Shown piece after piece: positions 25,745-36,272 of a stretch of DNA of 52,800 nt (positions within the stretch are counted from its first letter, which is position 1; each line of letters begins with the position of its first letter). The stretch is from Candidatus Falkowbacteria bacterium. GTDB lineage: Bacteria > Patescibacteriota > Patescibacteriia > Patescibacteriales > UBA12465. The notes beneath the pieces are model-generated. The model was not told the DNA's origin and ran no database searches. It worked only from the letters and a program-made list of their open reading frames with translations. The stretch lies in the NCBI GenBank assembly GCA_903847415.1, contig CAINDR010000021.1:1-52800 (forward strand), read 5' to 3'. Position numbers and translations under genes: made by a program.

Positions 25745-27634
25745 ATGGGAAAAATTCTTGGAATCGATCTCGGAACAACTAACTCCGCCATGGCGATTAT
25801 GGAAGGTGGTGCACCGAAGATTATTGAAAACATTGAAGGAAATCGCACAACGCCTAGTACAGAAGCGATTTCAAAAAACGGTGAAAGATTAGTCGGTGCT
25901 GCTGCTAAAAGACAGGCAGTCATTAATCCGGAGAACACTGTTTATGCGGTGAAACGTTTAATTGGTCGTCATTTTAAAGATGATGAAGTTCAGCGTGATT
26001 TAAAAACCATGCCTTATAAAATAATTCAGGCTGGCGAAGGAGTAAAGGTAAAAATGGGAGAAAAAGACTATACTCCTCAAGAAATTTCAGCAATGGTTTT
26101 ATCCAAACTTAAGTCTGATGCGGAAGCAAAAATTGGTGAAAAAATTACTCAAGCGATTATCACCGTTCCGGCTTATTTTGATGACGCTCAGCGTCAAGCA
26201 ACTAAGGACGCTGGTGTGATTGCTGGTTTAGAGGTAATGAGAATTATCAATGAGCCAACAGCTGCTGCTCTTGCTTATGGTTTTGATAAAAAACAGGGAC
26301 AAAAAATTGTTGTTTATGATTTAGGTGGGGGAACTTTTGATGTTTCGGTTTTGGATATTTCTGCCGACACCGTTGAGGTAAAATCTACTAACGGTGACAC
26401 TCATCTCGGTGGTGAAGATTTTGATAAAAGAATTATTGATTGGATTATTGAAGAATTCAAGAAAGATCAAGGAATTGATTTATCTAAAGATACTCTTTCT
26501 TTGCAGAGAATTAAAGAAGCTGCTGAAAAGGCAAAAATTGAATTATCAACTGCCATGGAAACTGAGATTAATCAACCATTTATCACTACTGACGCTAATG
26601 GTCCAAAGCATTTAGTAATGAAAATGACTCGCGCCCAATTAGAAAATTTGGTTGGCGATTTAGTTGCCAAAACTATTGAACCATGCAAAAAGGCTTTAGC
26701 TGATTCTGGTTTTAAACTAAGCGATATCAATGAAGTAATTATGGTTGGTGGAATGACCAGAATGCCTTTGGTATTAAAACAGGTTAAAGAATTTTTTGGT
26801 AAAGAGCCAAATTTGAGTGTTAATCCAGACGAAGTGGTTGCTTTAGGTGCTGCAGTTCAAGCTGGTGTTTTGCAGGGAGATGTTAAAGATGTTTTACTTC
26901 TTGATGTTACCCCTTTAACTTTAGGTATCGAAACTTTAGGTGGTGTAGCAACTCCGCTCATCGAAAGAAACACTACTATCCCAACCGCTAAATCTCAAGT
27001 TTTCTCAACTGCTGCCGATGGACAAACTAGTGTTGAAATTCATATTGTCCAAGGTGAAAGACCAATGGCTTCCGATAACAAAACTTTAGGTAAGTTTATG
27101 TTGGACGGAATTCCAAATGCTCCACGTGGCGTTCCTCAGGTGGAAGTTAATTTCGATCTCGATGCCAATGGCATTTTAAATGTTAGCGCTACTGATAAAG
27201 CAACAGGTAAGGTTCAAAAAATTACGATCACCGCTTCTTCTGGTTTGTCCAAGGAAGAGGTTGAAAAGATGAAGCAAGAAGCCGAACTTCACGCTGAAGA
27301 AGATAAAAAGAAGAAAGATCAGGTGGAGGTAAAAAATCAGGCCGATGCCGTTGTTTTCACTACTGAAAAAATGATTAAGGAATCTGGCGATAAAATGAAG
27401 GCCGAAGATAAAACCGAGTTAGAGGCAAAAGTTGAGGCACTAAAGAAATTAAAAGATTCTACTGACACCGAAGCCATCACCAAGGCGATGGCCGAACTCA
27501 ATGAAGTTGCTCAAAAGATTGGAGCCGCAATGTATCAACAACCAGGAGGAGAGACGCCAACTGGTGCGGAAACTCCAGGCGAAGAAAAGAAAGACGAGAA
27601 CATTGTTGAGGGAGAGGTCGAAGAAAAGAAGTAA
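25745..27634 (+). CDS. dnaK: chaperone DnaK
   Basis: [34 protein letters not shown]. Confidence 0.99.
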   Translation: MGKILGIDLGTTNSAMAIMEGGAPKIIENIEGNRTTPSTEAISKNGERLVGAAAKRQAVINPENTVYAVKRLIGRHFKDDEVQRDLKTMPYKIIQAGEGVKVKMGEKDYTPQEISAMVLSKLKSDAEAKIGEKITQAIITVPAYFDDAQRQATKDAGVIAGLEVMRIINEPTAAALAYGFDKKQGQKIVVYDLGGGTFDVSVLDISADTVEVKSTNGDTHLGGEDFDKRIIDWIIEEFKKDQGIDLSKDTLSLQRIKEAAEKAKIELSTAMETEINQPFITTDANGPKHLVMKMTRAQLENLVGDLVAKTIEPCKKALADSGFKLSDINEVIMVGGMTRMPLVLKQVKEFFGKEPNLSVNPDEVVALGAAVQAGVLQGDVKDVLLLDVTPLTLGIETLGGVATPLIERNTTIPTAKSQVFSTAADGQTSVEIHIVQGERPMASDNKTLGKFMLDGIPNAPRGVPQVEVNFDLDANGILNVSATDKATGKVQKITITASSGLSKEEVEKMKQEAELHAEEDKKKKDQVEVKNQADAVVFTTEKMIKESGDKMKAEDKTELEAKVEALKKLKDSTDTEAITKAMAELNEVAQKIGAAMYQQPGGETPTGAETPGEEKKDENIVEGEVEEKK

Positions 27635-27646
27635 TTGTTAATTGCT

Positions 27647-27673
27647 AGGCTGCCTCTTTAAAAGAGGCAGCTT
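27647..27673 (+). terminator. hairpin after dnaK (weak terminator or mRNA stabiliser)
   Basis: AGGCTGCCTCTTT-A-AAAGAGGCAGCTT, short U-tract. Confidence 0.55.
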
Positions 27674-27690
27674 GTGGAATTAATAAAAAA

Positions 27691-28452
27691 ATGGAAAAAA
27701 TATTTATTGAAAATAAGCATGGTGAGAAAATTGCCATTTTGGTTAACGAGGTTAAAGAGCCGGTTGGTTTAGTTTTTATTGCTCATGGTCAGGGCGACTC
27801 TAAAAATTCCTTACATATCGAAAAAATCGCTGAGACTTTTTTAGTCAACAATTATAATGTCGTTCGTTTTGATGCTCGTAATTCTTTCGGTGAGAGTTTT
27901 GGAAAATTTGAAGACGCCACTGTGACTGGTTACCTGGAAGATTTAGAAGATGTGATTTCCTGGGCCAAGAAGCAGGATTTTTTTATTCAGCCTTTTATTA
28001 TTTGCGGGCACAGTATTGGCTCAATGACGGCGGCACTTTACGCCGAAGAACATCCTTTGGAAATAAAAGCTTTAGCACCATTTTCGGTGGTGGTGAATGC
28101 CGAATTAAGTAAGGAGCAGTATACTCCAGAAGAATTACAAAATTGGAAGGATAGTGGTTGGTTAGTTGAAGACTGGGGGCAGACTAAGATTCATCTCAAA
28201 TACGCCTATTGGGAGAGTAAAATGAAATATAATCTTCTGTCTGCTGTCGATAAATTAACAATGCCAGTTCTACTTGTGGTTGGCGAAAATGATCGCTGCA
28301 CTCCTTCGCGTCATCAAGAAATATTATTTGATCACTTGCCTGGCAAGAAAGAATTTCATATTATTAAAGATTCTCCCCATACTTTTCGGAGCGAAAAAAA
28401 TTTGCAAGAACTACAAACAATTTTAGATCACTGGCTTAAAACTTTAAATTAA
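27691..28452 (+). CDS. alpha/beta hydrolase
   Basis: AHGQG, nucleophile elbow GHSIG, VGEND, SPHTF. Confidence 0.9.
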   Translation: MEKIFIENKHGEKIAILVNEVKEPVGLVFIAHGQGDSKNSLHIEKIAETFLVNNYNVVRFDARNSFGESFGKFEDATVTGYLEDLEDVISWAKKQDFFIQPFIICGHSIGSMTAALYAEEHPLEIKALAPFSVVVNAELSKEQYTPEELQNWKDSGWLVEDWGQTKIHLKYAYWESKMKYNLLSAVDKLTMPVLLVVGENDRCTPSRHQEILFDHLPGKKEFHIIKDSPHTFRSEKNLQELQTILDHWLKTLN

Positions 28453-28479
28453 GTTATACCCCAATTTATTTTTAAAAAT

Positions 28480-29514
28480 ATGAATTTTGAAAAGTTTATC
28501 CCAAAAATAGAAGGAGTTGCCGATACAGTTAATAAGGCGATGTATGAATCATCCTTTCCTAACGAGAACTACCAAAGTACTCTCGGTGTTTATGGTGGAA
28601 AAATGAAGATGGAAGAAGGAAAGTTGGTTTGGAATAATACTGGCTTAATTTCAAAACTGGATAAATGGGGCGATGCAATTTTACGAACTTATGATGACCA
28701 TTTAGTTAAAGATCTGGGGGCGCTATTTAGGAGAGATCCAAAACTGTTTTTTAAATTTTTAGCACCAGGACCTAAAAAATATCGAGGCAGTAAAGAAGAA
28801 ATATTTGAGAACATCAAGCGTCTGGGGCTGGAAGCAACATATGGAATTCATGAACACGGAATTGAGGTAAAGGATCAAGAGCTTTTCCGTCAAGGGGTAC
28901 CACTTCAGGATATCTGTCGTTCTGATTTAATAGATGAAGACGGAATTAAAAGTCTTGATAGGTTTCAGGCCTTGGCTGAGACGGGGAAATATATTAACAA
29001 AGTTCACGAAGAATACGGTGCAATTGGCGAGCTAGTTAGCGGTGATATTATTTTTAAAAAATATGATAATGGACAGGTCTATGAACCAGTGTTAAATATT
29101 CCAGATATTGTATTTAATAAAGATAAGGAGGCGAGTGTTAGTGAAAAAAATAATAAAGCGACTGATATTCTAGAGTTATTAATAAATATTGGAGCAGAGG
29201 AGTTTCGTCGCTCAGACGGTGACTTAAATAGTGTTAAAGAGGCGCTAGGAGTTTTATTGGAAAGTTATAACGATAAAGAGGTTATTAGTTTAGTAAAATC
29301 TTATATCAAAAGAGGCCGTTTAGTTCTGGCTGGAGATAAAAATTCAAAAGAGATTGATTTGCCGGAAGATAATTTCACGACTAAACACCGAGAAACTTTT
29401 GCTACTCACAATAAGGTGCGTCAGATTGTTAACTCTTCAGAGTTAGAAACTTCTTTGAAGGAAATTAGTTTAGAACTTTGTGAAAAAATCTGCAATTCAG
29501 ATAACCAAAAATAA
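28480..29514 (+). CDS. hypothetical protein (possible degenerate kinase-like fold)
   Basis: 344-aa ORF; segment ETGKYINKVHEEYGAIGELVSGDIIF weakly resembles a kinase catalytic-loop region. Confidence 0.7.
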   Translation: MNFEKFIPKIEGVADTVNKAMYESSFPNENYQSTLGVYGGKMKMEEGKLVWNNTGLISKLDKWGDAILRTYDDHLVKDLGALFRRDPKLFFKFLAPGPKKYRGSKEEIFENIKRLGLEATYGIHEHGIEVKDQELFRQGVPLQDICRSDLIDEDGIKSLDRFQALAETGKYINKVHEEYGAIGELVSGDIIFKKYDNGQVYEPVLNIPDIVFNKDKEASVSEKNNKATDILELLINIGAEEFRRSDGDLNSVKEALGVLLESYNDKEVISLVKSYIKRGRLVLAGDKNSKEIDLPEDNFTTKHRETFATHNKVRQIVNSSELETSLKEISLELCEKICNSDNQK

Positions 29515-29515
29515 T

Positions 29516-30730
29516 ATGGATAATCAAGAAGAGTCTTTAATTTTCCCGCCACATTTTTTTTGGGGTTGTGCTACTTCAGCGCACCAAATTGAGGGCGGTT
29601 TAAATAATGATTGGAGTGAATGGGAAAAATCTCCACGTCGCCTTAAAGACTTAAAAAACAAACAGCGTGATCCTTTAGATTTTATATCTGGTGGTGCAGC
29701 CAATTCTTTTATTGATAATAATGCCGACATTGCTTGCTTAAAAAATCTGAATGCCAATGCTTATAGGTTCTCAGTTGATTGGTCACGTATTGAGCCAGAA
29801 GAGGGAAGGTTTGACTTAAAAGCACTGAACTATTATAAAGATTTAGTAAAAAAATTACGAGCACAGGGAATAGAGCCTTTTGTTACTTTGTGGCATTGGC
29901 CGCTTCCTCTTTGGCTGAGGGATAAAGGGGGTTGGGAAAATCGCCAGATAGTTACTTATTTTGAAAAATTTACAGAAAAAGTTGTAACGTATTTAAACGA
30001 AGAAGTAAATTTTTGGATTACCTTGAATGAGCCGATGGTTTATGCTTCGCAAAGTTATTTAACTGGTGAGTGGCCACCAAACAAGAAGAATCCGCTTGCA
30101 CTTTGGCGAGTAATAAATAATTTAGTTCTTGCACATCGTGCCAGTTATCAAATTTTAAAAAAAATTGATCAAAATAACCGAGTCGGTATTGCAAAACATA
30201 ATATCTATTTTGAAGCCGCCAATAATTCTTTAATTAATAAGGTTTTAAAAAATATTGCTGATTGGTGGTGGAATTTTCGATTTTTAAATAAAATAAAAAA
30301 TTGCCAAGATTTTATCGGTTTGAACTATTATTTTCATAATCTTGTAAATTACGGTTTTGGTAAACAGAAAATTTACGAAAAACAATCCGATTTGGAATGG
30401 GGTTTACATCCAGAAGGCATTTATCATTTATTAAAGGATTTAAAGAAATACAACAAACCAGTGTATATCACAGAGAATGGTTTGGCTGATAAGGGTGATC
30501 AGCACCGCTCTTGGTATATTGAAGAGATTTTAAAAAATGTCCATCGGGCTATCGGAGAAGGAGTCGAAGTAAAAGGATACTTGCACTGGTCCTTGGCTGA
30601 TAACTTTGAGTGGGCCGAGGGTTTCAAGCCGCGTTTTGGTTTATATGAAGTAAATTTTCAGACTTACGAAAGAGTTGCTCGCCCTTCAGCACAGTTCTAC
30701 GCGGATATCTGTAAAAATAATCGAATTTAA
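29516..30730 (+). CDS. glycoside hydrolase family 1 (beta-glucosidase)
   Basis: FFWGCATSAHQIEG, TLNEP, ITENG, WSLADNFEW; ATG at 29516 preferred. Confidence 0.95.
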   Translation: MDNQEESLIFPPHFFWGCATSAHQIEGGLNNDWSEWEKSPRRLKDLKNKQRDPLDFISGGAANSFIDNNADIACLKNLNANAYRFSVDWSRIEPEEGRFDLKALNYYKDLVKKLRAQGIEPFVTLWHWPLPLWLRDKGGWENRQIVTYFEKFTEKVVTYLNEEVNFWITLNEPMVYASQSYLTGEWPPNKKNPLALWRVINNLVLAHRASYQILKKIDQNNRVGIAKHNIYFEAANNSLINKVLKNIADWWWNFRFLNKIKNCQDFIGLNYYFHNLVNYGFGKQKIYEKQSDLEWGLHPEGIYHLLKDLKKYNKPVYITENGLADKGDQHRSWYIEEILKNVHRAIGEGVEVKGYLHWSLADNFEWAEGFKPRFGLYEVNFQTYERVARPSAQFYADICKNNRI

Positions 30731-30733
30731 TCT

Positions 30734-31795
30734 ATGTCCAAAGACTACTACAACATTATTGGTGTCCAAAAAAACGCATCAGCCGATGAAATAAAAACTG
30801 CTTTTCGAAAGAAGGCTCATCAACACCATCCAGACAAGGGTGGTGATGCTGAAAAATTCAAAGAGCTTAATGAGGCTTATCAAGTTCTCAGCAATTCTCA
30901 AAAGCGTCAACAATACGACCAGTTTGGTTCAGATTTTCAAAGTGGTCAAGCTGGTGGTGGTTATGGCGGTTTTGGCGGCCAGGGAATGAATATTAACATG
31001 GATGACCTTGGTGATTTATTTGGTGGCTTTGGTGATATTTTTGGTGGTTTTGGTGGCGGTCGTTCTCGAAAATCCACCAAAGGAAGAGATTTAGTTTTAG
31101 AAGTTAAAATTACTTTTCAAGAAGCAGCTTTTGGTGTTGAAAAAGAATTGTCTTATCCCCGGGTAGGTGCTTGTTCTTTTTGCCAGGGAAGTGGAGCGGC
31201 TCCTGGCACCAAAATTAATAACTGCCATAATTGTCATGGGACTGGTAGAGTCTCTCAGATTCAAAGAACTATTTTAGGGAATATTCAAACTCAAGCAAGT
31301 TGTCCAGAGTGTCATGGTGAAGGAAAAATTCCTGAAAAAAAATGTTCACACTGTCAAGGAACAGGGCGAGGACGAGTTGAAGAAAAGTTTACTATCAAAA
31401 TTCCTGCGGGAATCGATAACGGAGAATCAATTCGAGTCAGTGGTCGGGGTGAGGTTAGCGAAAAAGGAATTCCAGCTGGAGATTTGTTGGTACAAGTTCA
31501 GGTTTTGAATCATCGCAGGCTAGTCCGTGACGAAGATGATGTTCGTAGTGTTGAGGTTATTGATATTAAAACTGCAATTTTGGGAGGAAAAATTGAAATC
31601 GAAACTCTCGATGGTTCTTTTGATTTAAAAATTCCCGAAGGTACTCAGCCAAACACAATTTTTCGTCTGAAAGAAAAAGGAATTAACCATTTGCGTAGTC
31701 GGGGTCGAGGTGATCATTTTGTTGAGATCAAGGTCGAGATTCCTAAAGGTATTAGTCGTCAAAACAAAAAGATTTTGGAAGAATTAAAATTTTAG
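30734..31795 (+). CDS. dnaJ: chaperone DnaJ
   Basis: J-domain HPD, G/F region, four CxxCxGxG repeats. Confidence 0.98.
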   Translation: MSKDYYNIIGVQKNASADEIKTAFRKKAHQHHPDKGGDAEKFKELNEAYQVLSNSQKRQQYDQFGSDFQSGQAGGGYGGFGGQGMNINMDDLGDLFGGFGDIFGGFGGGRSRKSTKGRDLVLEVKITFQEAAFGVEKELSYPRVGACSFCQGSGAAPGTKINNCHNCHGTGRVSQIQRTILGNIQTQASCPECHGEGKIPEKKCSHCQGTGRGRVEEKFTIKIPAGIDNGESIRVSGRGEVSEKGIPAGDLLVQVQVLNHRRLVRDEDDVRSVEVIDIKTAILGGKIEIETLDGSFDLKIPEGTQPNTIFRLKEKGINHLRSRGRGDHFVEIKVEIPKGISRQNKKILEELKF

Positions 31796-31798
31796 ATT

Positions 31799-32653
31799 AT
31801 GCAATTTTTTGATACCCATGCTCATGTTAACTTTAAAGATTTCAAGGATGATGCTGATGAAGTGATTCGTCGGTCTCTTGATAACAATACTTGGCTTGTT
31901 TTGGTGGGAGCTGAATACAAGACCTCAAATCGTGCTTTAAATTATGCTAATAAATATGAAAGTGGTGTTTATGCCGCGATTGGCCTTCATCCAACACACC
32001 TTGAGGAAGTTATTGCGCACAGTAGTGACGAGAAGGGATCAACTCAGTATTTAACGAGGGGGGAGGATTTTGATTATGCCACTTATGAAAAATTAGCAAA
32101 ATTTGAAAAAGTAGTTGCTATTGGTGAAATTGGTTTAGATTATTATCACCTCGATTTGTCTGGTGATATCGCAGCAATTAAGAAAAAGCAAAAAAAAGTA
32201 TTATTAGAGCAATTAAGGTTAGCCCGCTCTTTAAATTTGCCAGTTATCATTCATTGTCGGCAAGCTCATGATGACCTCCTTCCGCTTCTGCAAGATTTTA
32301 GAAAGGAAAATCGTCATTTGATTGATTCCACTAAACCATGGGGGGTTATTCATTGTTATTCTGGTGATGAAAATTTGGCTTGGGAATATTTTAAGTCGGG
32401 ATTAATGATTTCTTTTACGGGGCTGATTACTTTTAGTCAGATGTGGGATGATTTAATTCGCAAAATTCCTTTAGAAAAAATTATGATCGAGACCGATTGT
32501 CCTTATATGACCCCAGAACCATATCGCGGACAGCGCAATGAGCCATTATTGGTTCAATATGTGGCCAATCGAATTGCTGAAATTAAGAATATAAAATTAG
32601 AGAAGGTGGCAGAAGTCACCACCGAGAACGCGAAAAGATTTTTTGGAATTTAA
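31799..32653 (+). CDS. tatD: TatD family hydrolase
   Basis: DTHAH, GLHP, GEIGLD, IHCR, IHCYSG, ETDCP. Confidence 0.93.
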   Translation: MQFFDTHAHVNFKDFKDDADEVIRRSLDNNTWLVLVGAEYKTSNRALNYANKYESGVYAAIGLHPTHLEEVIAHSSDEKGSTQYLTRGEDFDYATYEKLAKFEKVVAIGEIGLDYYHLDLSGDIAAIKKKQKKVLLEQLRLARSLNLPVIIHCRQAHDDLLPLLQDFRKENRHLIDSTKPWGVIHCYSGDENLAWEYFKSGLMISFTGLITFSQMWDDLIRKIPLEKIMIETDCPYMTPEPYRGQRNEPLLVQYVANRIAEIKNIKLEKVAEVTTENAKRFFGI

Positions 32654-32679
32654 CTTAAACGCTTTACTCCCTATAAATA

Positions 32680-32706
32680 AAAAGCTGTCTCAATCAGACA
32701 GCTTTT
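32680..32706. terminator. bidirectional terminator
   Basis: AAAAGCTGTCT-CAATC-AGACAGCTTTT between convergent genes. Confidence 0.75.
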
Positions 32707-32710
32707 GTTT

Positions 32711-33412
32711 TTAGTAAATTAATTGGCGACCAGGGAGTGCCATGCTTCGGGCTTTTCCTTTTTGATATACAAATGCATAACCATCTCCGTGCAGAGTAGC
32801 TTGATTATTTACTACTATCAACCAATTGCTCTCGCTAAATTGGATTACTGGCAAGTCGTTTTCTTGGTGATAGATTGTTGAGTTATTTTGTGTAGTCAGT
32901 TGAAAGTCTAACAAGCTTAATCCGTTAAAATCTTTTGGCATTATTATTGCCGTTTGATTCGTTGTTTTAATGCTTGGGCAAGCAAGTAACATGCTTTCAT
33001 CGCCAGCGATTAATCTAACCCCATTAAAGATTTTATTTCGCATAGGTTCCATTAGTTCTTCTTCTTGCAATTTTGTAAGCAGGCGAAAAATATTACCTTC
33101 TTCCGGGTGACAATCCAAAAGAATTGTAGCAATCCCAGAAAGATTTAAAAGCATTTCTTTCGGCGATTTAAAATTATATTTTTCGTACTCATGTATGGAA
33201 ATCAGGCTGTTGGCCCAGCCAATAGTTGTAAAAAATCTTTGAGTAGCCTGAAAATAGCAATCATAATCTTTGTAGCCATATGGTATATAAAGAATATATC
33301 GCAGAAGGCCATTTTCATCTTTGTGTTTAAAAGATGTTAAGAATTCTTGAAGCTGTGCTCCATATTCTTGTAGATATTTGTGGCGCAAGGCGCCCACCAG
33401 AAAAAGTTCCAT
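32711..33412 (-). CDS. dipeptidase E (peptidase S51)-like protein, catalytically degenerate
   Basis: LYIPYG..DYD.Y, GNIFRLL, ACPSIKTTN, GLSLLDFQ match PepE; GxSAG and NPHY are absent. Confidence 0.7.
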   Translation of the reverse strand: MELFLVGALRHKYLQEYGAQLQEFLTSFKHKDENGLLRYILYIPYGYKDYDCYFQATQRFFTTIGWANSLISIHEYEKYNFKSPKEMLLNLSGIATILLDCHPEEGNIFRLLTKLQEEELMEPMRNKIFNGVRLIAGDESMLLACPSIKTTNQTAIIMPKDFNGLSLLDFQLTTQNNSTIYHQENDLPVIQFSESNWLIVVNNQATLHGDGYAFVYQKGKARSMALPGRQLIY

Positions 33413-33523
33413 TTTTTCCCCTTTCTAAATTGTTAATGATTATTTTTATTAGCTCCATCCTAGGATAAGCTGTTAAATATGTCAAATTTATTAGTAAATC
33501 CTGGTGATTTAGATTTTAAACAA

Positions 33524-33552
33524 TTGACTTCCTCCATTATTTGCGCTATAAA
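33524..33552 (+). promoter_or_regulatory. atp operon promoter
   Basis: TTGACT-N17-TATAAA. Confidence 0.6.
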
Positions 33553-33612
33553 TGTAAAGGAACATTAATTTTTATCAATAAAAAGGGGTTTTCCTTTTTT
33601 ATTTTTGCCTTG

Positions 33613-33873
33613 ATGCCAATAAACAATCAAGAAACAAAGAAAAACTGGTCAATTGCCATGAGAACCATGGGAGTTACTTCTGCTTGGATTGTTGGTCCGG
33701 TTTTGATTGGGTTAATGATTGGCAAATGGCTTGATCAGAGATATTCTTCTGATCCCTGGTTAATGATTATTTCTTTAGCCTTTTTCTTCCTGATTTCCAT
33801 GTTTGGCATTGTTAAGAATGCTCTTAAGGAATTCAAAAAGATTGAAGAAGAGGCTAAAAAAGATAAAGAATAG
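33613..33873 (+). CDS. AtpZ/AtpI family protein
   Basis: GLMIGKWLDQRYSSDPW two-TM pattern, first gene of atp operon; ATG 33613. Confidence 0.85.
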   Translation: MPINNQETKKNWSIAMRTMGVTSAWIVGPVLIGLMIGKWLDQRYSSDPWLMIISLAFFFLISMFGIVKNALKEFKKIEEEAKKDKE

Positions 33874-33876
33874 TTT

Positions 33877-34695
33877 ATGTCAGCAGGAAGCGAGATTTTA
33901 CACGAAAATACTTTGTTTGCCGAACCGCTTTTTGAGGTTGGGCATTTCACAGTCACTAATTCCTTGTTGAATTCTTGGTTAGTGGTTTTTGTGGTGTTGA
34001 TTCTCGGTTTATTGATTAGGAATAAAATTAAATTAGTCCCTCGGGGAATCCAAAATGCCTTTGAAATTATTTTTGAAGGCTTTTTAAGTATTTTTGATGG
34101 AGTTACTGGTGACCGGAAACGTTCTTTAAAGTTTGCGCCCTTGGTGTTGGCTTTTTTCTTTTTTGTTTTGCTGAATAATTGGCTTGGTTTATTGCCGGGA
34201 GTTGGTTCAGTTGGGCAAGTGATCAGTAAACACGGAGAATTAATTTTTGTGCCTTATTTTCGCGGTGCTACCGCTGATTTGAACACCACTCTGGCTCTAG
34301 CGACTATCGGAGTTGTTTTGAGTCATATTTTTGGTGTTATGGCTGTTGGGGGCTGGAATTATTTAAACAAATTTATTAATATTAAAGCCTTCTTAGAAAT
34401 TCCAAAGAAGGTTTGTAAGGATCCAACTATTTTTTTGGTTAATCCAATCAAAGCTTTCGTTGGTTTAATTGAAGTGGTTGGTGAAGTTGCTAAAATTGCC
34501 AGTCTATCCTTTCGTTTGTTTGGTAATATTTTTGCCGGAGAAGTTCTCTTGGCGGCGATGTCTGCTATCTTGGCCTTTGGTGTGCCGATTCCATTTATGT
34601 TTTTAGAGGTGATTGTTGGTTTAATTCAGGCACTTATTTTTGCGATGCTAATTTTAACTTATCTTACTATCGCAACTACCGCCGAAGAACACTAG
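33877..34695 (+). CDS. atpB: ATP synthase Fo subunit a
   Basis: ATADLNTTLALA, SLSFRLFGNIFAGE, LIQALIF. Confidence 0.97.
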   Translation: MSAGSEILHENTLFAEPLFEVGHFTVTNSLLNSWLVVFVVLILGLLIRNKIKLVPRGIQNAFEIIFEGFLSIFDGVTGDRKRSLKFAPLVLAFFFFVLLNNWLGLLPGVGSVGQVISKHGELIFVPYFRGATADLNTTLALATIGVVLSHIFGVMAVGGWNYLNKFINIKAFLEIPKKVCKDPTIFLVNPIKAFVGLIEVVGEVAKIASLSFRLFGNIFAGEVLLAAMSAILAFGVPIPFMFLEVIVGLIQALIFAMLILTYLTIATTAEEH

Positions 34696-34739
34696 TTATT
34701 ATTTTATATATAAAGAATTAAGTAATTCAGTTTTCCTAG

Positions 34740-34994
<255 letters not shown>

Positions 34995-35056
34995 TAATTT
35001 GGTTCGCTGGATCTGGAAATTCCGGGTCTAGTCATTAGTTTATTATTATCAAAAAT

Positions 35057-35545
35057 ATGGAATCTTTAGTATCCGTTTTTCATCTTGATTTAAAATTATT
35101 CATCGCTCAAATAATCAATTTTTCGATTGTTTTGGCGGTTCTTTATTATTTTGCCTTTAAGCCAATCTCTAAGGTGATGGAAGAAAGAAGTCAAAAAATT
35201 GAGAAAAGTTTAAATGATGCTCAGGAAATTGCTTCTAAATTAAGTGAGGCAGAGATTGAGAAAAAAAATATTATTGCTGAGGCTAAAAAAGCAGCCACAG
35301 AAATTTTGGAAAACGCAAATTTTCAAGGAGAAGAGAAGCAAAAAGAGATGATTAATAAAGCAAAAGAGGATATTGGTCAGATTATTAATGCCGAAAAAGC
35401 GAAGATTCAAATTGAAAAAGCAGAAACCCTGAAAGCTTTAAAAGCAGAAACCGCAGAGTTGGTTGTGTTAACAGTGGAAAAAATATTAAAAGAGAAAATC
35501 AATGGCGAAAAAGACCAAGAGTTAATCAAAAATCTGGTTAAATAG
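35057..35545 (+). CDS. atpF: ATP synthase Fo subunit b
   Basis: AQIINF..L....FKP....EER plus coiled coil. Confidence 0.95.
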   Translation: MESLVSVFHLDLKLFIAQIINFSIVLAVLYYFAFKPISKVMEERSQKIEKSLNDAQEIASKLSEAEIEKKNIIAEAKKAATEILENANFQGEEKQKEMINKAKEDIGQIINAEKAKIQIEKAETLKALKAETAELVVLTVEKILKEKINGEKDQELIKNLVK

Positions 35546-35550
35546 TTTTT

Positions 35551-35952
35551 ATGAAAATTACTGCGAAACAATACGCTCAGAGTTTATATGATTCAATTGT
35601 TGGTAAATCTGAAGAGGAGGCCAGCGCTGTTTTGCGTAGCTTTGTAGCAGTTTTAGGAAGAGACAGGGTGTTAAATCGCGAGAAGGAAATTATTGCTGCT
35701 TTCACGGAAATTTGGAATTCTGAAAATGGGGAACTAGCAGCCTCAATTTCTAGCGCTCACGAACTCGTTGAAAATTCTCGCGTGGTGATTACAGATTATT
35801 TGAAAAACCGAACTGGTGCGAAAAAGGTTGTTTTAGCAGAAAGTGTTGACGCTAATTTACTTGGAGGTTTTATTTTAAAATATGAAAGTAAAGTTTTAGA
35901 TGGAAGCTTAAAGACGAATTTGGAGGATTTGAAGGCAAGTATGAAAAAGTAG
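35551..35952 (+). CDS. atpH: ATP synthase F1 delta (short form)
   Basis: KQYAQSL, VDANLLGGF, DGSLK; position in operon. Confidence 0.9.
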   Translation: MKITAKQYAQSLYDSIVGKSEEEASAVLRSFVAVLGRDRVLNREKEIIAAFTEIWNSENGELAASISSAHELVENSRVVITDYLKNRTGAKKVVLAESVDANLLGGFILKYESKVLDGSLKTNLEDLKASMKK

Positions 35953-36011
35953 TTGTTCTTTTGGAAATAAAAAAACAGTATATACGAATATAGACTGCTT
36001 TAAAGAGAATA

Positions 36012-36206
36012 TCAAGGTTTGTTTTCTTTGATTGCTTTAATAATTTTTCTTTCAGCGATGGCGATAGAAGTAATTATTAATAAACTAAAAGTTAGAATTA
36101 CTGAAACCAAATCCACAGGAGTAAGATGACCACTAGTATCGACAAGACGAATAAGCATATTTATAAAAGAAAATATTCCTAGGACAGTAAAAATTTTGAC
36201 TTTCAT
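36012..36206 (-). CDS. small two-TM hypothetical protein antisense within atp operon
   Basis: 64-aa ORF with two hydrophobic segments filling the atpH-atpA gap. Confidence 0.5.
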   Translation of the reverse strand: MKVKIFTVLGIFSFINMLIRLVDTSGHLTPVDLVSVILTFSLLIITSIAIAERKIIKAIKENKP

Positions 36207-36272
36207 TTTTTTTAATTTTAAAGAATTTATACTAAAATTTACTCACACTAACTATATCATAATATAAAATAT

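Noticed and set aside
30940-31065. GGT/GGC-rich repetitive stretch
   Set aside because: Ordinary Gly/Phe-rich linker of DnaJ.
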